In this document: positions 1 to 11,361 of the stretch, piece after piece | Layout of the letters: each line of letters starts with the position of its first letter | Numbering within the stretch: the stretch's first letter is position 1 | The notes under the pieces: model-generated | Database searches by the model: none | The model's input: the letters and a program-made list of their open reading frames with translations, nothing else | Told to the model about the DNA's origin: nothing | Origin: Hemiscyllium ocellatum | Taxonomy: Eukaryota | Assembly (NCBI RefSeq): GCF_020745735.1 | Contig: NC_083434.1 | Coordinates: 26,967,966 to 27,031,965, forward strand | DNA: 64,000 nucleotides | Direction: 5' to 3' | Made by a program: the position numbers and the translations under genes

Positions 1-254
1 GATATAAAAGACACCCAAGAGGCAACTTTTTCACAGAGGGTGGTACGTGTATGGAATGAGCTGCCAGAGGACGTGGTGAAAGCTGGTACAGTTGCAATAC
101 TTAAAAGACATTTGGATGGGTATATGAGTAGGAAGGGTTTGGAGGGATATGGGCCGGGTGCTGGCAGGTGGGACTAGATTGGGTTGGGATATCTGGTTGG
201 CATGGACGGGTTGGACCGAAGGGTCAGTTTCCATTCTGTACATCTCTGATTCTG
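1..254 (+). mobile_element. CR1/HER1-like LINE 3' end
   Basis: Encodes the typical CR1 C-terminal 'FFxQRVVxxWNELP' followed by the 3' UTR and tail. Confidence 0.8.
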
Positions 255-1358
255 AGTCAACACCTGCTTCCTTCTGAGTCTGCACAGTTTCAAATTCGTA
301 CACCATTGGGGATTAAGGAGCTAAATGATTATTGTCCGGTAAAGGAAATTAGTATAAATACATCATTCAACAAAACGTTTGAAGGTGTAATTTAAAAAAT
401 AAGATGCTTCACATCCTGTAGATGAAGCAGAGTTATAATTTTCACTTTCTGCTTTGAACTTGAATTTGGAAAGCTACCACAATTATTTTTAATTAATGGG
501 CGGTGATTCTGCAACATGAATACCAGGAGCAAGGAGACTGGCATAAAAATAAAATCAAAATCACTAATGTTGATCTTTATCACAAGAAGGCTGAATTACA
601 AAGGAGTGGAACTGATGCTTCAGTTGCATAAATACTTGTTCAATACCCACCCCCAACTTCATTCTGTCTGGAGTTTTGCATTCCGTGCATAGGCCTTGGA
701 GGTAGTGGAGCGCAAATTAGCAGAACATTCTGGGAGTTAAAAGAATTAAAATATGAGAACGGGTGTATACATTTTGCCATGTTTATCGAAGGGGGTGGAC
801 TGGCCAAATCCAGATATTTAAAACATTTGAAGATTTCAAAGTGGTAGATAGAGAAACGTGGACTCGATTTTCCTGCCCCCATGGAGACAGGATTAAAGGA
901 AAGGTTGGTGGACTGGAGGGGTTGGAAAGTAAGGAGCATCCTCATTGTGATTTCTCTCTCATGTGAAGTTGCTTCTGAGAGACTTTCACAGGGGTCAGGC
1001 TGGTGAAAAGATTGGGCACCCATTCCATGGAGGCGAGTAGCAAATTACTGATCTAGGTCTCAGTTTGGCGCCTATTTGTAAAATGCCTGCACTGCCCTGT
1101 TGCTGAATGTGGGGACCACTAGCTCACTGGGAGTGGTCAACCCTGAAGACATCTGAGAGCAGGATTGTCACTGGGTTGGAGGGTCCGTGTCATATTGTCA
1201 GGGCCGCTTGTCTGCCAAGCTGGAATCACAACCAGGTCCGATGCTAAAGCGAGTATTATTTATAGCTCTGTGAACATTGCAAGTCCTTGGTTCCAATATT
1301 GGTACAGCTCAGTCAGGACACCTCTATGTTTCCATGTTGACAATAGCATTATGGTTCC

Positions 1359-1565
1359 GGATCAGTGGTGCTGGAAGGGCACAGCAGTTCAGGCAGCATC
1401 CAACGAGCAGCGAAATCGACGTTTCTGGCAAAAGTCCTTCATCAGGAAAGCTTTTACCCGAAACGTCGATTTCGCGGCTCGTTGGATGCTGCCTGAACTG
1501 CTGTGCTCTTCCAGCACCACTGATCCAGAATCTGGTTTGCAGCATCTGCAGTCATTGTTTTTACC
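1359..1565. mobile_element. Fold-back Penelope-like terminal fragment with target-site duplication
   Basis: Inverted arms at about 1359-1434 and 1451-1526. Flanking direct repeat TAG(C/T)ATTATGGTTCC at 1344-1358 and 1566-1580. Confidence 0.8.
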
Positions 1566-1668
1566 TAGTATTATGGTTCCAGTCTGTCTCAGTGGTGCTC
1601 ACCTTTTCCTGGTGGCTACAGCGACCCCAGAGCCGTGGTCTCTCTGTTTGGGGCACCCGTATCAGGAG

Positions 1669-1880
1669 TAAAAAATGAGGTCTGCAGATGCTGGAGATCA
1701 CAGTTGAAAATGTGTTGCTGGTTAAAGCGCAGCAGGTTAGGCAGCATCCCAGGAATAGGAAATTCGACGTTTCGGGCATAAGCCCTTCATCAGGATGAAG
1801 GGCTTATGCCCGAAACGTCGAATTTCCTATTCCTTGGATGCTGCCTAACCTGCTGCGCTTTAACCAGCAACACATTTTCA
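1669..1880. mobile_element. Fold-back Penelope-like terminal fragment with target-site duplication
   Basis: 87-bp inverted arms at 1705-1791 and 1794-1880, one mismatch seen. Direct repeat CACCCGTATCAGGAG at 1654-1668 and 1879-1893. Confidence 0.85.
1761..1794 (-). ncRNA. Minimal hammerhead motif (minus strand) at the centre of a fold-back insertion
   Basis: Reverse complement reads CCTGATGAAGGGCTTATGCCCGAAACGTCGAATT. The core is intact and stem I is cut short by the inversion junction. Confidence 0.62.
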
Positions 1881-3307
1881 CCCGTATCAGGAGCCCATCT
1901 GCCATCCTGACTGGAATGGTGAGCATGACAGAGACCAGTTTAGAGAACATGCCCCAGAAGAATGCGATGCCAGTTATGCTGCCGGAATGTTTGGGTTCAG
2001 AACATCCTATCGGCTCAATGACAGGGTTCCAAATCCAAAGACAGAATCCTGCTCATTATTTCCTCTGAAAAAGGGAACACAGGAACATAATGTTAAAATG
2101 AGAGCTGGGTTGTTCAGAGGTGAGACGTGGAAGCATTCCTTCACTTCAAAGGAGGTGGGAATTGTTTTGCCCCTTAAAAAGCTGTGGATGATGGATGGTA
2201 GCTTATAAGACTGAGATGGCTAGACTGTGCTGAGTTACAGGTGCAAAAGGGTCTGGAGCAATGGTGTGTCAATGCTTTAACAGGTGCCTATCGGTCATTT
2301 CAACTGAATGACCTCCTCCTGTTCCTTTCTTCATTTTCTAATTATTTAAGCAAAATAAATGAATGATTTATGTTCAATTTTTAATATTATGAAGATGTAT
2401 AGTGCATAACTATTGTCAGAAATGCCCCACAGTACTTCCTAATAAGCCGCTAATGAAGCATAGTGAAGTAGATTGTCATTACCATATTGTCTGTGGAGAG
2501 GCCCATGAACAATGGGATGATGATCTCATTTCTTTTTGGAACTGATGGGTAAAGTGAGAATGCAGATCTGGGCACAGCCCCCTCCTATCTTCTCAAAATA
2601 GAATGCGAGACTCTTCGTACCTTCTCAGCCTATTCATAAAAAACAGGCAGAGCCTTTATTTGACATTATGGTATTTCAAAAGATGCTGAACGTTGCTGTA
2701 CCTTTTTATAAGCAAGATTAGGGAGTAATCTCTATCCCCATAAGACCAGCACAAAGCAGCATTGTTATTTTAGCTATGTAACCAACTTTAATTTTGAACG
2801 GGAAAGAGTTAGTGTTGGGATTATTGTAAAGAGCACGTTTGACTCGTTTACAAATGTTCAGGAACATTGTGTTGAATTATCAGAAATAGCATGTCACTAT
2901 AATTAATTATAGCGATTAAAAGTAATTTGTATGTGTAAAGTTAGTTTATGAGAACAAATATGCTGTGCTGCCTGGTCTCTGGAAATAGCATCTGCACATT
3001 GCAGTTAGTCAGGGCTGAATAATGTCTGTTGTACAGTTAGATAGATGTCCTAGAGTTTTGATAGATTGTCATGTGGAGTGGGGAATTCTTTTTTGTCTCT
3101 TGGATGAATATGAAATTTATTACCATGTAGAGCAATTGAGGCAAACAGCACAAATGCATTTAAGGGGAAGATAAACATCAGATGTAAATAAACAATGAAA
3201 AGTAGGAATGATAGGGTGAGATAAAGTGGATTGGAAGAGAGCTCATGTTGAGCATAAGCATTGGCATTGATCCTTGGGACAAATGGTCTGTTTCTGTCCT
3301 TCTTAGT

Positions 3308-3620
3308 GGGCGGCACGGTGGCACAGTGGTTAGTACTGCTGCCTCACAGCGCCTGTAGACCCGGGTTCAATTCCCGACTACAGGCGACTGACTGTGTGGA
3401 GTTTGCACGTTCTCCCCGTGTCTGCGTGGGTTTCCTCCGGGTGCTCCGGTTTCCTCCCACAGTCCAAAGATGTGCGGGTCAGGTGAATTGGCCAAGCTAA
3501 ATTGCCCATAGTGTTAGGTAAGGGGTAAATGTAGGGGTATGGGTGGGTTGTGCTTCGGCGGGTCGGTGTGGACTTGTTGGGTCGAAGGGCCTGTTTCCAC
3601 ACTGTAAGTCTAATCTAATC
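3308..3620 (+). mobile_element. HE1-like V-SINE, full length
   Basis: tRNA-like head (A box TGGCACAGTGG, B box GGTTCAATTCC), V-domain TGTGTGGAGTTTGCACGTTCTCCCCGTGTCTGCGTGGGTTTCC, CR1-type 3' end, (CTAAT)n tail. Confidence 0.88.
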
Positions 3621-4519
3621 ATATTCTACGCAGTTTTATAGAAAGTGTAATGGATGCAATCAAAGGGAAAAGGAACAGGGAGCTTTATGATTTCCTGTGT
3701 TATTATCCCATTTGTAAATCCTGTTTCTGTTTCAAATGCAAAGCAAGCAGAATGATTGACTGCAGACCGTTCGCTGACTGGACAGTCCCATACTGTCTTG
3801 GCAAGAATGAACAGTTTACCGGTTTCATAATGTCTTCTGGGAATGTACACCTGAAGACAGGATATTCCATGGTTAAAAAGTGTCATATCCTTGGAATCTT
3901 TCAATTCACAGTGTACTTGCTTGCATCAAGCCTCTATTGTACATGCAAGGACAAGATTTGACTGGGCCAAATGCCTATGACTTCATGGATATCCCCTCAA
4001 CATCCTCCCTATCCTTTGCAATCTCCTGGATGCAAAAATCCAAATGAGGTTACAGTTTCATGGGGGACAAGATATTTGCCAAATCTCATTCAACAAGATT
4101 GTGTTTCAGTTGTGAGTCCAGATATTTTGCCAACTTGATTTTGAACTCCCCAGTGTCCAACTTCCAATGGGGTCATCTCGAGCATGGGAATGCAGAGACC
4201 CAGTTAAAGCAGACACCAGCATTTACCCACCTGAGATCTCAGCACAGAGCAGAACTGAAACTGCCACTATATACTTTAGCATTCAACCAAGTAATGGAAC
4301 CACTCATCGAACCATCAGGAATTACTGTTCCATTTTTTTCTTATGTTTTACTTGTGTTCACCTCTGCAAGTTTACCACATTTTTCATATCTCTAGACTAA
4401 AACTGGCTTCAAGGCCAATCCTGCTAGATGCCTCATCCTCCACTTTCCATAAACTTGAAGCCATTCAAAATTCTGTTGCCCATATTCTAACTTACATCAG
4501 TCACATTAACCCGTAAATG

Positions 4520-4605
4520 GAGAGTGTTGCCTGGAAAAGCACAGCCAGTCAGGCAACATCCGAGGAGCAGGAGAATCAAAGTTTCGAGCATAAGCTCTTC
4601 TTCAG
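4520..4605 (-). mobile_element. Penelope-like terminal fragment
   Basis: CTGGAAAAGCACAGC...GAGGAGCAGGAGAATC...TTTCGAGCATAAGCTCTTCTTCAG. The minus strand begins CTGAAGAAGAGC-TTAT-GCTCGAAAC. Confidence 0.7.
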
Positions 4606-4779
4606 TGGTCACTTTCTCCCATATGAACCCATAACCCTATGCTTGCTGGCCAACAGTATCTCTTGGAATGGCAGTATGCTGATAGTAAAAGGTTTATTCC
4701 CTCTGTAACATCACCTTTTTCTATGTTTGTCATTCTTCCAATCCAGGGCATGGGTGAAACCGCATCTCAAATACTTTTG

Positions 4780-5250
4780 TACAGGTTTTTAGTTCTTACT
4801 TAGGGAAAGATGTAAATGCACTGGAGTTGGTTCGGAAGAGATTTAATAGACTATTACCTGAGTAATCCTAAGAAGATCGTTGGACAGGCTGGGCTTGTTT
4901 CTACTGGAGTTGAGAAGTATAAGGGGTGACTTGATTGAGTGTTTAAAATCTTAAGAGGCCATGACCAGGTGGAGTTGGAAGGGAGGTTTCCTCTTGTGGT
5001 TGAGTGCAGAACTAATTTCGACATTAAGGGTTTCCCTTTTCATAGATATATTTTCTCTGAGTTGTGCAAATGTTGAACTCTCTGTCTCAGAAGGTGCTGA
5101 AGGCTAAGTAATTAAATGTTTTTAAGACTGAGGTAGATGAGACAAAGGAAGGAATGAGCATCTAGTGTTATGTGGTGGAATTGTGTGCAGGCCTTTATTG
5201 AATGGCAGGCTTGAGGGACTGAGTTGTCTATTTTTTGCTCCTGTTTTGTA
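4780..5250 (+). mobile_element. Degenerate CR1 LINE 3' fragment
   Basis: Remnants of 'RKDVNALE.V..RF' and 'RGDLIE'. Confidence 0.65.
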
Positions 5251-5334
5251 TGTTTGTTTGTTCAACAACTCTTTGATAAATTGGAGTTCCTCTAACTCTT
5301 ACACATCTCTTCTAGTCATGCTTTTGGCTGTACA

Positions 5335-5815
5335 GTCATAGTCATACAGCACAGAAACAGACTTTTTAGTCCAACTTGTCAATGCTGACCGAGTTTTCCA
5401 AACTAAACTAGTCTCACTTGTCTGTATTTGGCCCATATCCCTCTAAACCTTTCCCATTCCCATTCATCTATCTAAATATCTTTTAAATGTTGTAACTGTA
5501 CCTGTATCTACCACTTCCTCTGGCAGTTCATACTACAAATGAACCATTCTCTATGTGAAAACATTGTCCTTCAGGTCCCTTTTAAATCTTTCTCCTCTCA
5601 CTTATGTCCTCTGATGTTGAATTCCCCTACCCGCGGGAAAAGAGCTTTGCTATTCACCTTATCCATGCCCCTCATGATTTTATAAAACTCTATAAGGTCA
5701 CCCTTCAAACTCCTATGCACCTTTTGAATAAACTCCCAGCTTATCCTTCTGACTAATACCCTGTAGTTTTGGCAACATTCTGGTAAATCTTTTCTGAACC
5801 CTCTCCAATTTTCAG
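5335..5815 (-). mobile_element. CR1 LINE 3' fragment
   Basis: ORF remnant 'GDLIEFYKIMRGMDKVN' and CR1-type tail. Confidence 0.8.
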
Positions 5816-5976
5816 CTCTAGAATTTTGTCCATAAATTTCTCTGCCTGCCTTTCCTCTTTTATGACTCATCTTAAAACTTAGGTCTCCTTTCTACATTAG
5901 GAGGGCAAGTTGTTGTTGACCACCTTTTTAAATGAAGATTTTTGCATGTGACGTTATATGGCAGGAACTGAGAATT

Positions 5977-6163
5977 AGGAGAAAGTGAGGAGATGCTGGG
6001 GATCAGAGTCGAGAGTGTGGAGCTGGAAAAGCACAGCAGGTCAGGCAGGATCTGAGGAGCAGGAGAGTTGATGTTTCGGGCATAAGCATCAGGAATCGGG
6101 ACTTATACCTGAAACATCGATTCTGCTGCTGCTTGGATGTTGCCTGACTTGCTGTGCTTTTCT
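5977..6163. mobile_element. Fold-back Penelope-like terminal fragment
   Basis: Same family sequence, inverted around about 6095. AGGAACTGAGA is duplicated at 5963-5973 and 6164-6174. Confidence 0.75.
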
Positions 6164-6189
6164 AGGAACTGAGATTTGTAGTGTCCTTC

Positions 6190-6306
6190 TTGATCAGGCA
6201 GCACTCCGAAAGCTAGTGCTTCCAAATAAACCTGTTGGACTATAACGTGGTGTGGTGTGTTTTTTTTTAACTTGCCCACCCCAGTCCGACACCGGCACCT
6301 CCACAT
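6190..6306 (+). mobile_element. Second Penelope-like/hammerhead-associated repeat family (GAAAGCTA type)
   Basis: GCAGCACTCCGAAAGCTAGTGCTTCCAAATAAACCTGTTGGACTATAAC... also recurs at about 20449-20575 and 60372-60582. Confidence 0.6.
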
Positions 6307-6684
6307 TTTTGTTCATGACATTCCAAAGTAGATTCGAGCGTGTGAATTCCTTCTGAAACATGTTGACATGTTGAAAAAGCACTGGCCTATTTCTGATGGT
6401 CACTTAGATATTTTCTCGGAGACCAGGGATAATTCCCCTCCTTGTCTTCAAAGTAGTGCAATATAGGATCATGTTTGCCTACCTGACCTGGGTTAGCATC
6501 TCAACACCAAAAGGCACAGTCCATGACAAATGTGGAACTCTGTCAGTGTTGTGTAGGATTGACAGCCCAAATTTTGTTCAAGCCTCTACGACGGGGCTTG
6601 AACTTCCACCTTTCAGGGGAGTTAATGTAAAAATACAAAATGCCAGGGGAGAAAAGCACTGATCTTTAAAATATAATTACATGA

Positions 6685-7240
6685 GAGTATAAAGTTCCTG
6701 GGAGTGATGATCACCAACCATCATTCTGATTCACCCACGTTGACACTGCGATCAAGAAAGCACAGCAATGCCCTTAATTCCTCAAGACGCTATGGAAATT
6801 TGGCATGTACACAATGACTTTTGCAAGTTTTTATTGATGGACCATAGAAAGCATCCTTTTTGGATACATCAGTGTGGTATGGCTCTACCCCAGAATGTAA
6901 GAAACGACAGAGGTGAAAACAGCCCAGTCCATTGTGCAAACCAATATCCTATCCATTGACTTCATCTTTCCTTCCCGTTGACTCAGGAAAGCAACCAACT
7001 TAATCAAAGACCGTTCCCACACCAGTTACACTCTATTCCACCCTCGTCTGTCAGGCAGAAGCTATGAAAGTTTCTATCAAGAGATTTATTGAACAGCTTC
7101 TTCCCTGCCTTTATCAAACTTTTGATTGGACCCCTTTAATGTTAATGTAGATCTTTCACTGCATCTTTGGCAGCTGTAACATTGTATCCTGTACACTGTA
7201 CTGTTACCGTGACGTACTTGTACAGTATGATTTGCCTGTA
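6685..7240 (+). mobile_element. Rex1/Babar-like LINE 3' fragment
   Basis: Degenerate 'KFLGVMIT...HVD...KKAQQ...TIESIL...WYG...LSGR...NSFFP' coding pattern. A probable tail resumes at about 7815-7875. Confidence 0.6.
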
Positions 7241-7590
7241 AAGTATGTTATAGTCATGGAGTCATACAACACTGAAGCAGACCCTTTGGTCCAACCAGTC
7301 CATGCTGAACATAATCCCAAACTAATTAGCCCCATCTGCCTGCTCCGGGCCTATATCGCTCCAAAACCTTTCCTGTTTAATGCATCCATCCAAATGTCTT
7401 TTAAATGTGTAATTGTGCCCACATCCACCACTTCCTCAGGATGTTCACTCCACATGTGAACCACCCTCTGTGTAAAAAAAAAGCCTTTATTTTAAGATAT
7501 CTCTCAATGGACATCATTAGGGCAGTTGTTTATTGGGGATTTTTATTGAATTCAAATTTCCCCATCTGCTATGGTGGGCCTTGAACCCAG

Positions 7591-7626
7591 ATACCTGATG
7601 AAGGGCTTATGCCCGAAACGTCGAAT
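7591..7626 (+). ncRNA. Minimal type I hammerhead ribozyme motif in a Penelope-like fragment
   Basis: CTGATGA (7595-7601), extra A, stem II GGGC-TTAT-GCCC, GAAA, palindromic ACGT stem III, GTC cleavage triplet ending at 7622. Stem I is imperfect (ATAC/GAAT). Confidence 0.7.
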
Positions 7627-7686
7627 TTCCTGTTCCTTGGATGCTGCCTGACCTGCTGCACTTTTCCAGCAACACATTCTCAGCTC
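7594..7686 (+). mobile_element. Penelope-like terminal fragment (non-inverted)
   Basis: Hammerhead motif followed by the family tail GGATGCTGCCTGACCTGCTG...TTTTCCAGCAACACATT. Confidence 0.75.
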
Positions 7687-10136
7687 CCAGTGCATTATGC
7701 ATTGATCTGAATCTATTAGTTTTTCTCTCTGTCTATTTACTCAAACCCAAGCAGCCTACAGGGAGGCCATGATAGCATTGGAGGGGGTGCAGTGGGGATT
7801 CACTAAAATGTTAAGGCAATGCTTTTCACTGTACCCCAGTACGTGTGACAATAATAAATCAAATTAAATTAAACTAAAACACAGCAAAGCATAATACCAT
7901 TTTAGTAACCTATGTAATGTAGAATATGTAACTGTATGATACTTCTCTGAATTGCACGACAGAACTTTTGAAATAAAGGATAGGTTCATGAGCACTAATC
8001 TGTCGATAACTGGATGATTTACTGATGGTAACTGAAAATGCTCCTGGAAGGAAATGGAATGAAAACACCTTTTATATTATCTGTTCATAATATGAATTAA
8101 CTCAATTCCTTTCCTGCTATGAGTGATGTACCTCTCCCACCAGTTTTTATCAGGAAGAACAGAAGGCAGGCTGCAGGATTATTTTTCAGAGTGGCAAAGT
8201 GTTGGCACAGGCTCACATTTGCCATGCCAAGGGTTTATGGGTCTAAAGTTCAACACATTCATATCCTGTGTCCATGAGGAATAGCTCGCAGGTAGAAGCA
8301 TTATTCTATTTAAAACTGAGGTAATTCACACTGCAACAAATGTTCAAATCATGTGGTAAAACCTATTGCTCAATCTGTGTTTGAGGTATAATCATCTCAT
8401 TGATCAAAACTCTCAAAGACCTGAAGTGGCCGTCACAGTCACTTGAAGTTTATAAATGAGAAAATCACACAAAATAAAAGGGCCATGCATCTGTCTACAC
8501 TTTCCAGCATATTTGCTGTCTGCGTTTTATTTCCTGGTAGGTTTGACTTGTTACCATCCCAGAACAGAACCCCCAAGTTTGGTGACAATCAGCTAACCAT
8601 TGCTAACTTTTTGTTCCAAGTGGATGAAGTTCGAAATTCCAGTTACCTACTAACAGAATAAAATGATTTTAAGCAAACAAATGGAAATTTTCCTTACTCC
8701 AGTTAACAGTCTACAATATTTGCTTTGAACTCTATCATCCAGATTGAGGTAAACATTAGATAAACATACATCAACATGAAAACTGTGGTCAAACGAATCA
8801 CAATACACATCATATGGGAGATGTGACCAAGATACATCTCAAATTTCTTAGCAATTCACTCAGAATACTACCAATTACAGAAATACTTTTATCTTCCTCA
8901 CAAACAATATGATCTCTTCTTTTTTGAAGATCTAGCTTCAATCTCCTCCATTCACCACTCAAACTCATCCTGTCTGAATGACTGCTCACTTCCCAGTTGT
9001 CCAACCTTGTTACCTGAAACAGTCTCCTCTGTTTCTTTCCCAATGCCACTGTGGGATCTTCAGCTTCCCAGTTTAATGTTCCAATCAAAGATAGCACCTC
9101 TGCCAAAGAGGCACATCTGTACACTACATAGAACAGCATCAAAATTGCAATCTAGAGATGGACCAGTCTGTTCAACCAGCTCTTGTTGGTCATTATCCAC
9201 CACACAAGCATGCCATTCTAACTCTGTGCCCATCCTGTTTCAACCACTTTCAGAAACTGCATAGAAATCTGACTCTTTTTTTTCTCCTTCTCTCGTCTCC
9301 TTTCAATGAGGCATTAAACCAAAACTCTGCCAACCCCTTCAGGTGGCATGCAGACCACTTGGCACATCTTTGAAGAACTACTTTGATCTTCTGTCCTGGC
9401 CAATATTTATCCCTCAATCAATATCTATCTAAGGACTATCCATCTGTTATTACATTGTGTTGTGGGAGCGATATGTGTTCAAATCGGTCACCACATTTCC
9501 TATATTACAGCAGTGCGTATATGTTAAAAGTGCTTAATTTGCTTGAAAGTACACTACTTTGAAGCCTGATGTGGTCATGATAGGCATTACATTAAGGTTA
9601 TTCTTTCTCTTTTTCTGGTAATATTTTAATGCAATTTTGTAAGCTTTGAACTTCATAAGTAAATAATAAATTTACATTCACTCATATAACAGAGAACAAC
9701 AAGAGAGCTATTAAGTCAGATACCTGATACGTAAATGCGTTGCTTGTTACATGCAATTCTCTTCAACGTTAAAATCCATCATTTATAACCTTGTATTGCA
9801 GAATCTCTTTAGTTAAGAGGTATGGGTTGTTAATGATGTTGTATTTTAATGAGGTATGATTGCTCCTGATCAATTTCTGCTGCAAGTGCTAAGGAAATTA
9901 CTTGAATTGGTTTCTGCTATTTGTTTAATTTGCTATTATACTCCAGAGTTGCTTCTTTCTGAATAATTTTCTTTTCATTTAAAAAAAAGCTTTGTGAATT
10001 CACAGTTAGTTGCCATAACGATAGTACTTAGTGCTTTCCCTGAAAGGCTGCTTTATTTGCTGTACTTCTTTTGTTTTCTATTTGCTGAATTATCCAAAAT
10101 TGCATTGTATCTGCTGCACTGAAGCAGGCTATTTGA

Positions 10137-10270
10137 CCTGAAGGATCACCAGAACTGAAACATTAACTCTGACTTCTCTTCACAGATGCTGCCAGACCTG
10201 CTGAGCTTTTCCAGCAACTTCTGTTTTTATTTCTGAATTACAGCATCTGCAGTTAGTTTGATTTTTATTT
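10137..10270 (+). mobile_element. Third related Penelope-like terminal family (degenerate)
   Basis: CTGAAGGA...GAAACATTAACTCTG...ACAGATGCTGCCAGACCTGCTGAGCTTTTCCAGCAACTTCTG. A related fold-back copy lies at about 25420-25590. Confidence 0.5.
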
Positions 10271-11361
10271 AGTATATACTGGTATTTATGCATTTATTTC
10301 ATCTACTTATATTCCGTATATTCTTCCTTCGTTCTTCCTAAAGCACCCCATTTATGACACCTATATGACTTGTCTCAATTACCACTTGTAGTAATGGGTC
10401 CACTTTCTTGACATAATGTGTTTTTGAAAAAGTTTATGAAAGCTTTCTTATTGGACTCATTAATGGCTATTTTACATTTAGAATTCTTGGTTTTGGACTA
10501 TCCTGCAAATCAAAACATTTTGCCTTTGTCTACCCTTTTGCATCCCTTCACAATTTTAAAGATCGTATTTAGCCTTCCTTTTCTAGAATAAAGTGCCTCA
10601 CTCTCAATAAATATTGTTGCCTCATGACCTTTTCCTTGAATGTTGTATCTGTACTCTCCAATATGGCAGGAATAAATGGGTTGTAAAAGGACAAAGGCGA
10701 CCTCCATTGAGTGTAAAGTGGATGAGAGCCACATTTTGAAAAAGTCCAGCCTAATAACCATTTTAGTGGCATCGCTGGGGGCCACCTAGGACAGGTCTTT
10801 CTTCAAGAACCTCGCAGTTGGCAGCCAAGTGCATGGAGAAGCAGGTCACTGCATCCTTGGCAAACATTGAGAGTATTAGCAAACTGATTTCTTAAAAGCA
10901 TGAAAAAGGACAATATAAATTATATTTATAGATGAAGTGACCTTAACAGCAATTTGCAACAAATGCCCTGTCCAATTATTGAGCAATCCTGACTAATATG
11001 GTCAGGTGCAGGGAGTGCAGACTTTGGGCAAGAATTGAGAAACTGGCCATCCTGGACTCTTGGGAAGCTTTGTACCTTCCAGTTGGATGCATTATTGTTG
11101 AAATTCTAGAGTATTGCTATATAATGAAGCTACCAGAACAGTCAATTGATGTTGCCACAGGAGGATGCCAACCATGGCTCAGTGGGCATCACTCTTGCCT
11201 CCTGAGTAGGGAGATCACAGATTTGAAGCCCACTCCTGTGGCTTAAATACATAATCAAGGTGGATGCTCCAGGTACCAACCCTGAGGAGTGTGTAATGGT
11301 TGAGCATGTTGTCATTTGCGTGCGATATTAAATTGGTGCCACGTCTGTTCTCTCAAGTGTA

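Noticed and set aside
1165-1678. ORFs of 168 aa and 133 aa
   Set aside because: They run through a palindromic repeat. The same 'LLGCCLTCCAFP' peptides recur at every copy of the repeat.
1359-1880. Fold-back elements as MITEs or miRNA precursors
   Set aside because: One arm is longer than the other, duplications vary from 10 to 17 bp, and the same sequence occurs un-inverted elsewhere. This fits retroelement inversion rather than TIR transposons. No evidence for miRNA.
3308-3380. tRNA-like sequence with A and B boxes
   Set aside because: SINE head continuous with the V-domain, not a tRNA gene.
3261-3602. Recurrent ORFs 'GGTVAQWL...' and 'MWKQALRP...'
   Set aside because: Translations of the V-SINE on either strand.
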